A stretch of DNA of 40,749 nt, from NCBI GenBank assembly GCA_040081625.1, contig JBEBGD010000044.1, forward strand, positions 1 through 40,749. The letters are read 5' to 3'. The notes beneath the pieces are model-generated. The model saw only the letters and a list, made by a program, of their open reading frames with translations, was not told the origin of the DNA and made no database searches. Positions 19,010 through 28,417 of this stretch are shown one piece after another. The stretch comes from Chthoniobacteraceae bacterium. GTDB lineage: Bacteria; Verrucomicrobiota; Verrucomicrobiia; Chthoniobacterales; Chthoniobacteraceae. Position 1 is the stretch's first letter, and each line of letters opens with the position of its first letter. The translations under genes were made by a program, and so were the position numbers.

Positions 19010-19139
19010 GAGCCCGTTGAAGAACTCGACGCCTCGGTCATTGTCCACAGATTGCACCGATTTTCACAGAGAAGCTGAACGGACTGTCGGGACGAATCTG
19101 TGTCCATCCGTGAAATCTGTGGACGATTTCAACAGGCTC
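19010..19139. mobile_element. 130-bp MITE-like element with IS5-type ends
   Basis: TIRs GAGCCCGTTGAA / TTCAACAGGCTC (11/12 match); TTAG on both sides (19006-19009, 19140-19143); internal hairpin 19043-19124. Confidence 0.7.
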
Positions 19140-19153
19140 TTAGAAGCAGGCCG

Positions 19154-20398
19154 CTACTTCACGCACCACAGCGCCGCGTGCGTGCGGATGAACAGCTCGC
19201 CCTCGCTCGGCACGATCGACGAATTGCTCGGCTCCCCGAGCGCGTTCACCGACAGCAGCTCGAACTTCAGCGCCGCCGCGAACACGAAACAATCCCCGCC
19301 CTGCGTGATCGTGTAGCACTTCCCATCGGCCACCATCACGCTGCTCCAGTTCGTCCCGCTTCGGCCCTCGCCCTTGAGCCGCTCGGTCCACAGCGCCTCG
19401 CCCGTCTTCGGGTCGATGCACATCGCCGTGCCCGGATCATTGTGAATGTAGATGCGCCCCTCGTGAACCGCGCCCGAGCCGATCCGCTGCGGGTTCCGCG
19501 GCAGATGCCACAGCCGGCGCGACTCCGTCACATCGCCGCTCCCGCCCGCGCGCACGCCAAACGCCGACCCACCAAACCCGCCCATCGTCACCACCGTATC
19601 GCCCGAGAAAATCGGCGACGTATAGACCAGCGGATTCAAGCCCGAGCACGTCCACAGCTCCTTGCCCGTCGCCGGATCGTAAGCCGCCAGCCGTCGCGGC
19701 CAGCTCATCAGCACCTGCTCCTTGCCCTCCACCTTCAGCACCACCGGCGTCGTCCACGAACCCACGAACGTCGGGTCCCCCTTCACGTCCGGCCCCTTCA
19801 CCCCGTAGCCGATGTCCTCATCCTGCTTCCACACCGTCGCGCCCGTCTTCTTGTCCACCGCCAGCAGATAGTTCGTGTCGCCCGGCCCGAAGTTCAGGAA
19901 GCAAAGATCACCCGCGATCACCGGCGACGCCGCATTGCCCCAGATGTGGATTTGCTTCCCGAGATCCGTGCGCTTCCACAGCTCCCCGCCCTCCAGGTCG
20001 TAGCAGTGCAGCCCGTCCGACGCGAACGACACGATCACCCGCTCCCCGTCGGTCACCGGCGACGCCGAGCAAAACGGATTCGTCTTGTGCGTCGGCTCCT
20101 TCGTCGCGGTCGTCACGCCCTTTTCCCACAGCAGCTTCCCATCGGCGCGCGCGAAGCACATCAGCATCCGCCGCTCGCCCACCGGCTGCGTCACGAAGAT
20201 CCGCTCACCCCACACCACCGGCGTCGAGTTCCCCGGCTCGGGCAAGGCCACGCGCCACTTCACACTCTCGGTCTTGCTCCATTTCACCGGCAGATTCTTC
20301 TCGGTGCAAATGCCGTCGCCCGTCGGCCCGCGCCACGCCGGCCAGTTCGCCGCGAGCAGCCCGGAGGTGGTGAAGACGAAGATGAGGAATGCTTTCAT
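19154..20398 (-). CDS. Secreted PQQ-binding-like beta-propeller repeat protein
   Basis: Signal peptide + NWPAWRGP; GNSTPVVWGERIF, DGKLLW, ASPVTDGERV, TGKELW repeats. Confidence 0.88.
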   Translation of the reverse strand: MKAFLIFVFTTSGLLAANWPAWRGPTGDGICTEKNLPVKWSKTESVKWRVALPEPGNSTPVVWGERIFVTQPVGERRMLMCFARADGKLLWEKGVTTATKEPTHKTNPFCSASPVTDGERVIVSFASDGLHCYDLEGGELWKRTDLGKQIHIWGNAASPVIAGDLCFLNFGPGDTNYLLAVDKKTGATVWKQDEDIGYGVKGPDVKGDPTFVGSWTTPVVLKVEGKEQVLMSWPRRLAAYDPATGKELWTCSGLNPLVYTSPIFSGDTVVTMGGFGGSAFGVRAGGSGDVTESRRLWHLPRNPQRIGSGAVHEGRIYIHNDPGTAMCIDPKTGEALWTERLKGEGRSGTNWSSVMVADGKCYTITQGGDCFVFAAALKFELLSVNALGEPSNSSIVPSEGELFIRTHAALWCVK

Positions 20399-20463
20399 GC
20401 GCGCCAGCCTAGAAGCGCGCGGCCCGCATCGTCACTGCCGAAAGCGACGGTTGGCGTCACCGC

Positions 20464-20665
20464 ATGATGCCCCGCCTGTGGCTCCGCACACCCGCTTCCC
20501 CGGGCGCGTGACCGCCTCCACGACATGCTCACGCTCTGCACCCTCGGGCTCTCGGCGATTAGTTTGGGCGCTGCTCTCATGCGCGCGCGGATGCTCCCCT
20601 CCCGCTGCGCCGACTGCGGCGAACACAACAGCGCACGTCGGGTCGCGGAGCCCGCCCAAGCGTAA
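20464..20665 (+). pseudogene. Small CxxC-hydrophobic-CxxC (LITAF-like zinc ribbon) gene, out of frame with its apparent ATG
   Basis: 20468-20665 reads CPACGSAHPLPRARDRLHDMLTLCTLGLSAISLGAALMRARMLPSRCADCGEHNSARRVAEPAQA*; ATG 20464 is 1 nt out of frame. Confidence 0.45.
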
Positions 20666-20713
20666 CGTCCCGGGGCTTGCTCGCTGGCGCGGGACTGGCT
20701 TCATTTGGCGCTC

Positions 20714-21094
20714 ATGGCACCCTCGTATGAAATCGACGCCACCCTCCGTCTCGTCCGCCTGAACTACGGCGGCATCCACCCCACCATCTCGGAGTGGAAA
20801 GCCACGATGCAGACCATCTTCGCCGACCCGCGCTTCGGCCCCGGCTGCTCCTTTCTCTTCGACAAACGCGGCTGCCCGGCGGCCACCACGCAATACGTCA
20901 AGGACGCCTCCGAGTTCTACCTCGCCCACACCGACAAACTCGAGATCGCCCGCTGGGCAATCCTCGTCAGCGACCCGCTCTCCTTCGGCATGAGCCGCAT
21001 GACCGAAGGCTACTGCGGGTCTCGCGAAAACGTCCGCGCCTTCATCGACCTCGCCGAAGCCGAGCGCTGGCTCGCCGCCGGCGTCCGCGCGTAG
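20714..21094 (+). CDS. Hypothetical protein, STAS/SEC14 (SpoIIAA-like) type
   Basis: 126 aa; LFDKR, RWAILV...FGMSRM, terminal RAFIDLAEAERWL typical of the family. Confidence 0.65.
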   Translation: MAPSYEIDATLRLVRLNYGGIHPTISEWKATMQTIFADPRFGPGCSFLFDKRGCPAATTQYVKDASEFYLAHTDKLEIARWAILVSDPLSFGMSRMTEGYCGSRENVRAFIDLAEAERWLAAGVRA

Positions 21095-21103
21095 GCGCTG
21101 CCG

Positions 21104-21757
21104 CTACGGCTGGACGAGTTGGTGGCGCACGGCGTAGCGGACCAGGTCGCTCATGTTCTTGAAGCCGAGCTTTCGCATGACCGCGCTGCGCTGGGTTTCG
21201 ACCGTCTTCACGCTGGTGCCGAGCAGTGTGGCGATGTCCTTGTTGCTCCGGCCTTCTGCGACCAGTTGCAGCACTTCGCGCTCGCGCGGGCTGAGCTTGC
21301 CGCCGACAGGCGGCGGGGTTTTCGCACCGCTGCGCAGGTAGCTGGTGAAGACGATCTGCCCGGTGTGCGAGCGGAGGTAGGGCTCGTGTTTGGCCAAGGC
21401 CTCGATGGCCGGCAGCAGGTGCTCCTCGGCGTCAGTCTTGAGCACGCAGCCGAGAGCCCCGACGGCGAAGAGTTCGTGGACGATGTCCTCCCGGTCGATG
21501 CCGGTGAAGCCGAGCACTTCGGTCTCCGGCAGCTCGCGCTTGATCTGCCGCGTGGCTTCGACCCCGTTCAGCCGGGGAAGGCCGACATCAATCACTGCGA
21601 CGTCGGGCTTGTGCTTCAAAGCGAGGTCAACGGCTTCGCGACCGTCGGATGCCTCGGCGCAGATTTCCCAGCCGGGGTGCGAATCGATGAGCGGGCGCAT
21701 GCCGCGGCGGACGATCTCGTGGTCTTCAGCGATCAGGATTCTGAGTTTTGTTTTCAT
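21104..21757 (-). CDS. NarL/FixJ-family response regulator (REC + LuxR HTH)
   Basis: ILIAEDH, VIDVGLPRLNG, LSPREREVLQLVAEGRSNKDIA..L..SVKTVETQR. Confidence 0.95.
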   Translation of the reverse strand: MKTKLRILIAEDHEIVRRGMRPLIDSHPGWEICAEASDGREAVDLALKHKPDVAVIDVGLPRLNGVEATRQIKRELPETEVLGFTGIDREDIVHELFAVGALGCVLKTDAEEHLLPAIEALAKHEPYLRSHTGQIVFTSYLRSGAKTPPPVGGKLSPREREVLQLVAEGRSNKDIATLLGTSVKTVETQRSAVMRKLGFKNMSDLVRYAVRHQLVQP

Positions 21758-24048
21758 GGGGATGCGGGGTGGAGCAGCGCGTGGAGAGCGCGCAGCAGGG
21801 AGTCGGCGCTGTAGGGTTTGGTCAGCACGGTCCCGACTCCGAGCGCCTTCAACTCCGCGAGCTGAGTCTTCTCGCCGAGGCCGCTGGACGCGAGCACGGG
21901 AAGCGCCGGCGTGATTCTCCGGACCGCGCGGATCAAGGCCATGCCGTCCATGACCGGCATCATAAGGTCGGTGAGCATGGCGGAGATCCCAACGGAATCA
22001 CGCGCGATGGCGGCGACGGCTTCGGTGCCATCGCAGGCGCTGACGACGCGGTAGCCGTGGCGCTCGAGGATGAGGCGGGCGGCGGCGGCGATGCGTGGTT
22101 CGTCGTCCACGACGAGCACGAGTTCGCCCTGCCCACTCGGCGGGAGGTCGAGCGAGGGCGCTGCGGGAGCGGCGTCCTCGTCGGACGCGACGGGAAGGTA
22201 AACGTGAAAGGTGGTGCCTTCGCCGGGCAGGCTGTTGACGTGGAGGAATCCGTCGTGGCTCTTGACGATTCCGAGGACCGTCGAGAGGCCGAGACCGGTT
22301 CCGTGGCCGATGCCCTTCGTCGTGAAAAACGGATCGAAAATGCGCTCGAGAATCTCCGCGGGGATGCCGCTGCCGGTGTCGCTGACCTGCACGAGGACGA
22401 AGCGACCGGGCCTCGCGTCGGGCAGCATGCTCGCGTAGCCGGGATCGACGTCGATGGTCGAGGCACGCAAGCGCAGCTTGCCGCCGGCGGGCATGGCGTC
22501 GCGGGCATTCACGCACAGGTTGAGCAGGATCTGGTGGATCTGGGTGGCGTCGCCGAGCACACGCGGCAGGTCCGGCTCGATCGAGGTCGAGAGCGTGATG
22601 CTCCGGGGAAAGGTCTCGAAGCTTATCTTAATTATTTCCTTGATCAGGGTCTCGACCGGCAGAGGCACCTTTTCGCCCTCGAGCCCGCGACCGAAGGTGA
22701 GCACTTGCTTGACGATCTGCGCCCCACGCTCGGCGCTCATCTCGATGGTATCCACGATTTCGTCGCGCATCTCCTGGGGCATGTCGCCCCGCAGGAGCGG
22801 CGCGGACATCATGATCGGGGAAAGAATATTGTTCAGGTCGTGCGCGATTCCGCTGGCGAGAGTGCCGATGCTTTCCATCCGCTGCGCGCGCAGGAATCGG
22901 CGCTCGAGATCCTTCTGCTCGGTGATGTCGAAATAGATGACAAGCGCGGACCTCGGAACGCCGCACGAGTCGCGCACGAGCGTGGCGTGGCAGCTCACGA
23001 CGAGCTGCCTGCTGGCCCTGGTGATGTGGTTGACTTCGCCGCGCCATTCCCCGTCCTCGAGCAGAGCCTGGGTGATGCGGTCCGGGCCGGCAGCGTCGGC
23101 GAAGATCAGCTCGCCGATGTCCTGCCCGGCGGCCTCCTCCGCTTTCCAGCCGTAGAGTCGTTCGGCGCCCTTGTTCCAGAAGGTGACTTTCCGTGTGTGG
23201 ATATCGCGGACGACGATCGCGTCGTGCGCGTGGTCGAGCATGGCGGCTTGCTCGCGAAGTCGCTCCTCAGCCTGCTTGCGCGGGGTGATATCCCGCGCGA
23301 CTCCGACGACTCGATGGACTTTGCCCGCGGCATTGGTCACGGGGAAAGCGCGATCCCGAATCCATCGAATCGAGCCGTCCTGCCTGACGATGCGGTATTC
23401 CTCATCGTAGGTGCCCTGGACTTGCTTGCTCAAGGCGGCCTCGAGGACACCCGCGCGATCGTCGGGGTGAATCGCATCGAGCCAGTTGCGCGGCGACGCG
23501 TAGAGATCCAGACAAGTGCGACCCCAGATCTTTTCGTATGCCGGGCTGACGTAGAGCATCTCGTTCTTGGCCACGTCGGTCATCCAGAAGACATCGGCGA
23601 TTGTCTCAGCCATCTGCCGAAAGCGCTCTTCACTATCGCGCAACGCGGCTTCGGCAGTCTTGCGCTCGCGGCGCAACTTTCCCGTTTGCAGTGCATGCTC
23701 GACCGCCGGACCGAGGCGCGCGAGCCGGTCCTTGAGCAGGTAGTCCGTGGCGCCCAGCTTCATCGAAGCGACCGCTGTCTCCTCGCCGATGCTTCCGGAG
23801 ACGATGATGAAGGGAATCTCCAGCCCGCTCTGCTGGAGAAGCGCGAGTGCGCGATACGCCGAGAAGCCCGGCATCGTGAAGTCGGAAAGGATGACTTCCC
23901 AATCGGGGTGGAGCGCGGCGGCGAAGTCGTCTTCGTTATCGACGACACGCGACTCGGGCGCAAAACCGGCGTGGCGCAGCTCCCAGATCATCAGCTCGGC
24001 ATCGGTCGGCCGGTCTTCTGCAATCAGCACTCGGAGCGGACGCGTCAT
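21754..24048 (-). CDS. Hybrid histidine kinase REC-PAS-PAS-HisKA-HATPase-REC (CckA-like)
   Basis: ILSDFTMP; two PAS/PAC ending DIT; GIAHDLNN; NLCVNARDAM, DTGSG, FFTTK, GTGLGL; C-terminal TDLMMPVMDG. Confidence 0.93.
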   Translation of the reverse strand: MTRPLRVLIAEDRPTDAELMIWELRHAGFAPESRVVDNEDDFAAALHPDWEVILSDFTMPGFSAYRALALLQQSGLEIPFIIVSGSIGEETAVASMKLGATDYLLKDRLARLGPAVEHALQTGKLRRERKTAEAALRDSEERFRQMAETIADVFWMTDVAKNEMLYVSPAYEKIWGRTCLDLYASPRNWLDAIHPDDRAGVLEAALSKQVQGTYDEEYRIVRQDGSIRWIRDRAFPVTNAAGKVHRVVGVARDITPRKQAEERLREQAAMLDHAHDAIVVRDIHTRKVTFWNKGAERLYGWKAEEAAGQDIGELIFADAAGPDRITQALLEDGEWRGEVNHITRASRQLVVSCHATLVRDSCGVPRSALVIYFDITEQKDLERRFLRAQRMESIGTLASGIAHDLNNILSPIMMSAPLLRGDMPQEMRDEIVDTIEMSAERGAQIVKQVLTFGRGLEGEKVPLPVETLIKEIIKISFETFPRSITLSTSIEPDLPRVLGDATQIHQILLNLCVNARDAMPAGGKLRLRASTIDVDPGYASMLPDARPGRFVLVQVSDTGSGIPAEILERIFDPFFTTKGIGHGTGLGLSTVLGIVKSHDGFLHVNSLPGEGTTFHVYLPVASDEDAAPAAPSLDLPPSGQGELVLVVDDEPRIAAAARLILERHGYRVVSACDGTEAVAAIARDSVGISAMLTDLMMPVMDGMALIRAVRRITPALPVLASSGLGEKTQLAELKALGVGTVLTKPYSADSLLRALHALLHPASP

Positions 24049-24051
24049 TCG

Positions 24052-24504
24052 TTACTCCTCCAGCTTCGGCGGCTGATTGAGCAGCAGCCAATACATGCCG
24101 ATCTGCTGCACGGCCTCGGTGAAGCGCTCGAAATTCACCGGCTTGACGATGTAGCTATTGACGCCCAGTTGGTAGCTCTCGAGCACGTCGTTTTGCTCTT
24201 TCGATGAAGTGAGCATGACCACCGGGATCGCGCTCGTGCGCGGGTCGGCTTTGATCCGCTTGAGCACTTCGAGCCCGTCCACCTTCGGCAGCTTGAGATC
24301 GAGCAGGATCACATTCGGCGAATCCTCGATCTTGCGCGAAGCATGGGAACCTTCGCAGAAGATGAAATCCAGCGCCTCGGCGCCGTCGCGCGCGACATGG
24401 ATTCGGTTGGTGAGGTTCGCGTTGCGCAGCGCGCGCTGCGCGAGTTCCAGGTCCTGCGGGTTGTCTTCGACGAGCAGGATTTCGACGCTTCGTTGTTCAT
24501 TCAT
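24052..24504 (-). CDS. Single-domain response regulator, Rcp1-like
   Basis: [44 protein letters not shown] overlap with the upstream kinase stop. Confidence 0.92.
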   Translation of the reverse strand: MNEQRSVEILLVEDNPQDLELAQRALRNANLTNRIHVARDGAEALDFIFCEGSHASRKIEDSPNVILLDLKLPKVDGLEVLKRIKADPRTSAIPVVMLTSSKEQNDVLESYQLGVNSYIVKPVNFERFTEAVQQIGMYWLLLNQPPKLEE

Positions 24505-27500
24505 GGCTGAGTTCCTCCCCCGAGGGTGAAATGGAAAGTCGCGCCGCGATCGACGGCGGCATCCGCCCACACGCGGCCGCCGTGGCGATGGATGACCCGC
24601 TGCACGAGCGCGAGCCCCACACCCGTGCCCTCGTAGTCCTCCGCCCGGTGCAGCCGCTGGAAGACGCCGAACAGCTTGCCCGCATAGCGCATGTCGAAGC
24701 CGGTCCCGTTGTCGCGCACGAAAAAGACATCGCCCTCCGGCGTGCGTTCGCAGCCGACCTCGATGACCGCGACCTCGCGCCTGCCGGTGTATTTCAGCGC
24801 GTTCGAGAGCAGGTTCAGCCACACCTGCGTGAGCAGGGCGGGATCTCCGCTGCACTCGGGCAGAGGTGTAATCCGAAGGTCGATGTTCCGACCCTTTCGC
24901 TGCGGAGACAGATCATCGAGAACGCTGCGGACCATCGCACCGGTGTTCACGTTCTTTCGGCGAAGCGGTGCCCGGCTCAGGCGCGAGAAGGTCAGCAGAT
25001 CGTCGATGAGCATCCCCATCTTCTGCGCCCCTTCCCGCACCGTGCGGAGATACCGCTGCCCCTCCTCGGGAAGCATCGAGCCAAAATCCTCGAGCACCGC
25101 CTGCGAGAATCCGTCCACGGCGCGAAGCGGCGCGCGGAGGTCGTGCGAGACGGAGTATGAGAACGCCTCAAGCTCCTTGTTCGCGGCCTTGAGCGCAGCG
25201 GTGCGGTCGGCCACGCGCTGCTCCAGCTCCGCATTCAACTGGCGAACGTCGTTCTCGGCCTGTTTCCGATCGGTCACATCCACCGCGAGGCTGAGCAGCA
25301 CACGCCGGCCTTCGCTCAGCTCTCCGAGCGGCGTCGTCTGGAAATCCCAGATTCGTTTCGAGCCATCCCTGGCCGTGATCTCAAATTCTCCGTTCGCCAC
25401 GGTTTCGCCGATCGCAAACAGGTCATCGATATACGCCTTCATCGTCCCGGTGCGCGCCCCATACGCCTTCTCCGTCCAGTCGGAGATCGTCGGCAGATCG
25501 TCGATCGTGTAGCCGGAGAATTTCGTCCATCCCTTGCTCAACAGCAGGATGCGATCGTCTTCGCCGTGGATGATCATCGGGATCGGCGACTCTTCGATGG
25601 AGCGGTGCAGCCGGTTCTCGCTGTCGCGCAGCGCCGTCTCGGCCCGCTTCCGGTCGGTGATGTCGCGCGCCACCTTCGACGCACCGATCACCTTCCCTTC
25701 GCGATCCTTGATCGCGGACACCGTCAGCATGACATCGAGCGTGCTTCCATCCTTGCGCACGCGCACGGTTTCGAGCTGCTGCACTCCTTCACCGCTGCGG
25801 ACCTTGCCGAGGATCATCTCCTCCTCGTCCTGATGCTCCGGCGGAATGAGCCGCGTAATCGGCTGCCCGATCATCTCCGAGGCCGAATAGCCGAAAATCT
25901 TCTGAGCCCCGACGTTCCAACTGGTGACGACGCCGGTCAGGTCCTTGCCGACGATCGCTTCATCGGACGATTCCACGATGGCCACGAGCCGGGCCGCTTC
26001 CTCCTCCGCCCGCTTGCGCTCGGTGATGTCGGCGCGAATCGCCACGTATTGCCGCGGCTTCCCGTTCTCGCTCAGGAACGGCACGATCGTCGTGTCCACC
26101 CAATAGAAGGAACCGTCCTTCGCGCGATTTTTGATCTCGCCCTTCCACACCTTGCCGTGCGCGATCGTAGTCCACAAGGCGCGGATGAACTCGGTCGGGT
26201 GGAAGCCCGAATTGATGATGCGGTGGTCCTGCCCCATCAGCTCCTCGCGCGAGTATTTCGAGATCGCGCAGAACTTGTCGTTCACATACGTGATCCGCCC
26301 CTGTGGATCGGTGATCGCCACGATCGCGTGCTCGTCGAGCGCCGACTTCAAGTCGTTCACCTCGCGGAGCGACGCGCGAAGCTGCTCCTCCACGCACTTG
26401 CGCTCGGTGATGTCGGCGCGGATTGCCACGTATTGCCGCGGCTTTCCGTTCTCGTTGAGGAACGGCACGATCGTCGTGTCCACCCAATAGAACGAACCGT
26501 CCTTCGCCCGGTTCTTGATCTCGCCACGCCACACCTTCCCCTGCGCGATCGTCGTCCACAAGTTGCGGATAAACTCCGTAGGGTGGTGGCCCGAATTGAT
26601 GATTCGGTGATCCTGACCCAGCAACTCCTGGCGCGAGTATTTCGAGATCGCGCAGAACTTGTCGTTCACATACGAAATGCGCCCCTGCGGATCGGTGATC
26701 GCCACGATCGCGTGCTCATCGAGCGCCGCCTTGAGGTCGCCCACGTCCTTGAACGATGCGCGGAGTTGCTCCTCGATGCGCTTTCGCTCCGTGATATCGG
26801 CGCGGATCGCGACGTATTGCCGGGGTTTTCCGGTCTCGCTGAGGAACGGCACGATGGTCGTATCCACCCAATAAAACGAACCGTCCTTCGCGCGATTCTT
26901 GATCTCCCCGTGCCAGGTTCGTCCGTGCGTGATCGTCGTCCACAAGTCGCGGATAAACTCGGTCGGGTGGAAGCCCGAATTGATGATCCGGTGGTCCTGC
27001 CCCATCAGCTCCTCGCGCGCGTATTTCGAGATCGCGCAGAACTTGTCGTTCACATACGTGATCCGCCCCTGCGGATCGGTGATCGCCACGATCGCGTGCT
27101 CGTCCAGCGCCGACTTCAAGTCGCCGATCTCCTTGAGTGACGCGCGAAGTTGATCGTCGGTCTGCTTGCGCTCGGTGATGTCGATGATCGCGCTCAGGAT
27201 CAGCGGACCTTCCGGCGTTTCGATGGGGTTGAGCCCGATCTCGACCGGCACCTCCGCGCCGTCCTTTCGCAGGGCAAACAGCTCGCGGCCCTTGCCCATC
27301 GGTCGCGTCTCCGCATGGCCGGCGTAGCCTTTGCGATAGCCGGGATGCGCCGCTCGAAACCGCTCGGGCACCAGCATCTCGACCGGCTGCGCGATCATCT
27401 CCTCGCGGGGGAAACCGAAGAGCTTCTCAGCTCCAGCGTTCACCAGCAGGATTCGGCCTTGCGTGTTGGCCACCACGATCGCGTTTGGAATCGCCTCCAC

Positions 27501-27608
27501 CACGAGGCGAAAGATTTCATCCGCCTGCCGTCCGCGCGCGATCTGCCTCCGAAGGTCTTCGTTTGCGTCAACCGGAGTTGCCGATCCGTCAGCGCCTGCC
27601 CTTTTCAT
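24501..27608 (-). CDS. Soluble six-PAS sensor histidine kinase (Cph1/bacteriophytochrome-type kinase core)
   Basis: Six PAS/PAC units ending [50 protein letters not shown]; no TM segment. Confidence 0.93.
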   Translation of the reverse strand: MKRAGADGSATPVDANEDLRRQIARGRQADEIFRLVVEAIPNAIVVANTQGRILLVNAGAEKLFGFPREEMIAQPVEMLVPERFRAAHPGYRKGYAGHAETRPMGKGRELFALRKDGAEVPVEIGLNPIETPEGPLILSAIIDITERKQTDDQLRASLKEIGDLKSALDEHAIVAITDPQGRITYVNDKFCAISKYAREELMGQDHRIINSGFHPTEFIRDLWTTITHGRTWHGEIKNRAKDGSFYWVDTTIVPFLSETGKPRQYVAIRADITERKRIEEQLRASFKDVGDLKAALDEHAIVAITDPQGRISYVNDKFCAISKYSRQELLGQDHRIINSGHHPTEFIRNLWTTIAQGKVWRGEIKNRAKDGSFYWVDTTIVPFLNENGKPRQYVAIRADITERKCVEEQLRASLREVNDLKSALDEHAIVAITDPQGRITYVNDKFCAISKYSREELMGQDHRIINSGFHPTEFIRALWTTIAHGKVWKGEIKNRAKDGSFYWVDTTIVPFLSENGKPRQYVAIRADITERKRAEEEAARLVAIVESSDEAIVGKDLTGVVTSWNVGAQKIFGYSASEMIGQPITRLIPPEHQDEEEMILGKVRSGEGVQQLETVRVRKDGSTLDVMLTVSAIKDREGKVIGASKVARDITDRKRAETALRDSENRLHRSIEESPIPMIIHGEDDRILLLSKGWTKFSGYTIDDLPTISDWTEKAYGARTGTMKAYIDDLFAIGETVANGEFEITARDGSKRIWDFQTTPLGELSEGRRVLLSLAVDVTDRKQAENDVRQLNAELEQRVADRTAALKAANKELEAFSYSVSHDLRAPLRAVDGFSQAVLEDFGSMLPEEGQRYLRTVREGAQKMGMLIDDLLTFSRLSRAPLRRKNVNTGAMVRSVLDDLSPQRKGRNIDLRITPLPECSGDPALLTQVWLNLLSNALKYTGRREVAVIEVGCERTPEGDVFFVRDNGTGFDMRYAGKLFGVFQRLHRAEDYEGTGVGLALVQRVIHRHGGRVWADAAVDRGATFHFTLGGGTQP
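26011..27182. repeat. Three tandem 384-nt PAS-encoding repeats
   Basis: gaacttgtcgttcacatacg at 26271, 26655 and 27039 (period 384 nt = 128 aa). Confidence 0.95.
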
Positions 27609-28296
27609 CGCTCCGTGTTCCTCCGTTCGTCTCGCGCAGCGGCCTCTTGAGCACCCAGTCCAGGTGCAGCAGTGGTGTTACTTCGCTGAAATTCTCGAAG
27701 CCGACCGGCTTGACGATGTAGTGCGTGGCGCCCAGGCGACGGCACTCGGCGATGTCGCGGTCGGAACTGGAACTGGTGAGCACGACGACCGGAATCGCCC
27801 GCGCGCGCTTGTCAGCCTTGATCCGCTCGAGCACGGATTTGCCGTCCAGTTTCGGCAGGTTCAAGTCGAGCAGGATTACGCCTGGCAGCGGCTGGTTCTT
27901 GCGTCGGTCGTGGCGCCCCGTTGCGAAGATGAAGTCGAGTGCCTCCTCGCCGTCGCGAGCGATGTGGATGACGTTCCCGATTCGCGCCTTCCGAAACGCG
28001 CGGAGTGTCATTTCCACATCGCGCGGGTTGTCCTCGATGAGCAGGATTTCCACGAGTGGATCCGCGCCAGCTCCGTTGCCGCTGCGCCGAAAAAGTTCCG
28101 AGACGGAGATCTCCAGCGCTTTCGCGAGGCGCTGAATGCTTTCGAGCGACGGGTTCCGCGCGCCGCGCTCGACGTCCGAGACGTAGGTGCGGTGAAGCCC
28201 CGCTCGATCAGCGAGTTCCTCCTGCGACAGCCGAAGGTCAACCCGCTGCGTTCGAATCGTCGCTCCGAAGCTTCGTTTTACGTCACCGGTGCTCAT
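27589..28296 (-). CDS. XRE-family HTH fused to an Rcp1-like receiver domain
   Basis: LSQEELADRAGLHRTYVSDVERGARNPSL..I.RLAKAL; then ILLIEDN, ILLDLNLPKLDG, VVVLTSS, YIVKP. Confidence 0.9.
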   Translation of the reverse strand: MSTGDVKRSFGATIRTQRVDLRLSQEELADRAGLHRTYVSDVERGARNPSLESIQRLAKALEISVSELFRRSGNGAGADPLVEILLIEDNPRDVEMTLRAFRKARIGNVIHIARDGEEALDFIFATGRHDRRKNQPLPGVILLDLNLPKLDGKSVLERIKADKRARAIPVVVLTSSSSDRDIAECRRLGATHYIVKPVGFENFSEVTPLLHLDWVLKRPLRETNGGTRSDEKGRR

Positions 28297-28330
28297 TGGG
28301 GATAACAGGTTAATCAGAATCGCCCGTCGC

Positions 28331-28350
28331 TCACTACAGACGATAAGTGA
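28331..28350 (-). promoter_or_regulatory. Candidate operator (C-box-like palindrome) upstream of the XRE-REC gene
   Basis: TCACT-N10-AGTGA palindrome; coding strand TCACTTATCGTCTGTAGTGA, ending 34 nt before the ATG. Confidence 0.5.
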
Positions 28351-28417
28351 CAAATTGCGTAGCGGCCCGATCGAGCCTTCGCAGCAAACATCCGCCCGTT
28401 TCGCGACGGATAAAGCG

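Noticed and set aside
20637..20657. gtcgggtcgcggagcccgccc as a REP sequence
   Set aside because: Weak single hairpin, better explained as part of the small CxxC reading frame.
24501..27608. Kinase as a bacteriophytochrome
   Set aside because: Only the kinase core and Rcp1 partner are phytochrome-like; there is no GAF-PHY module or bilin-binding motif.
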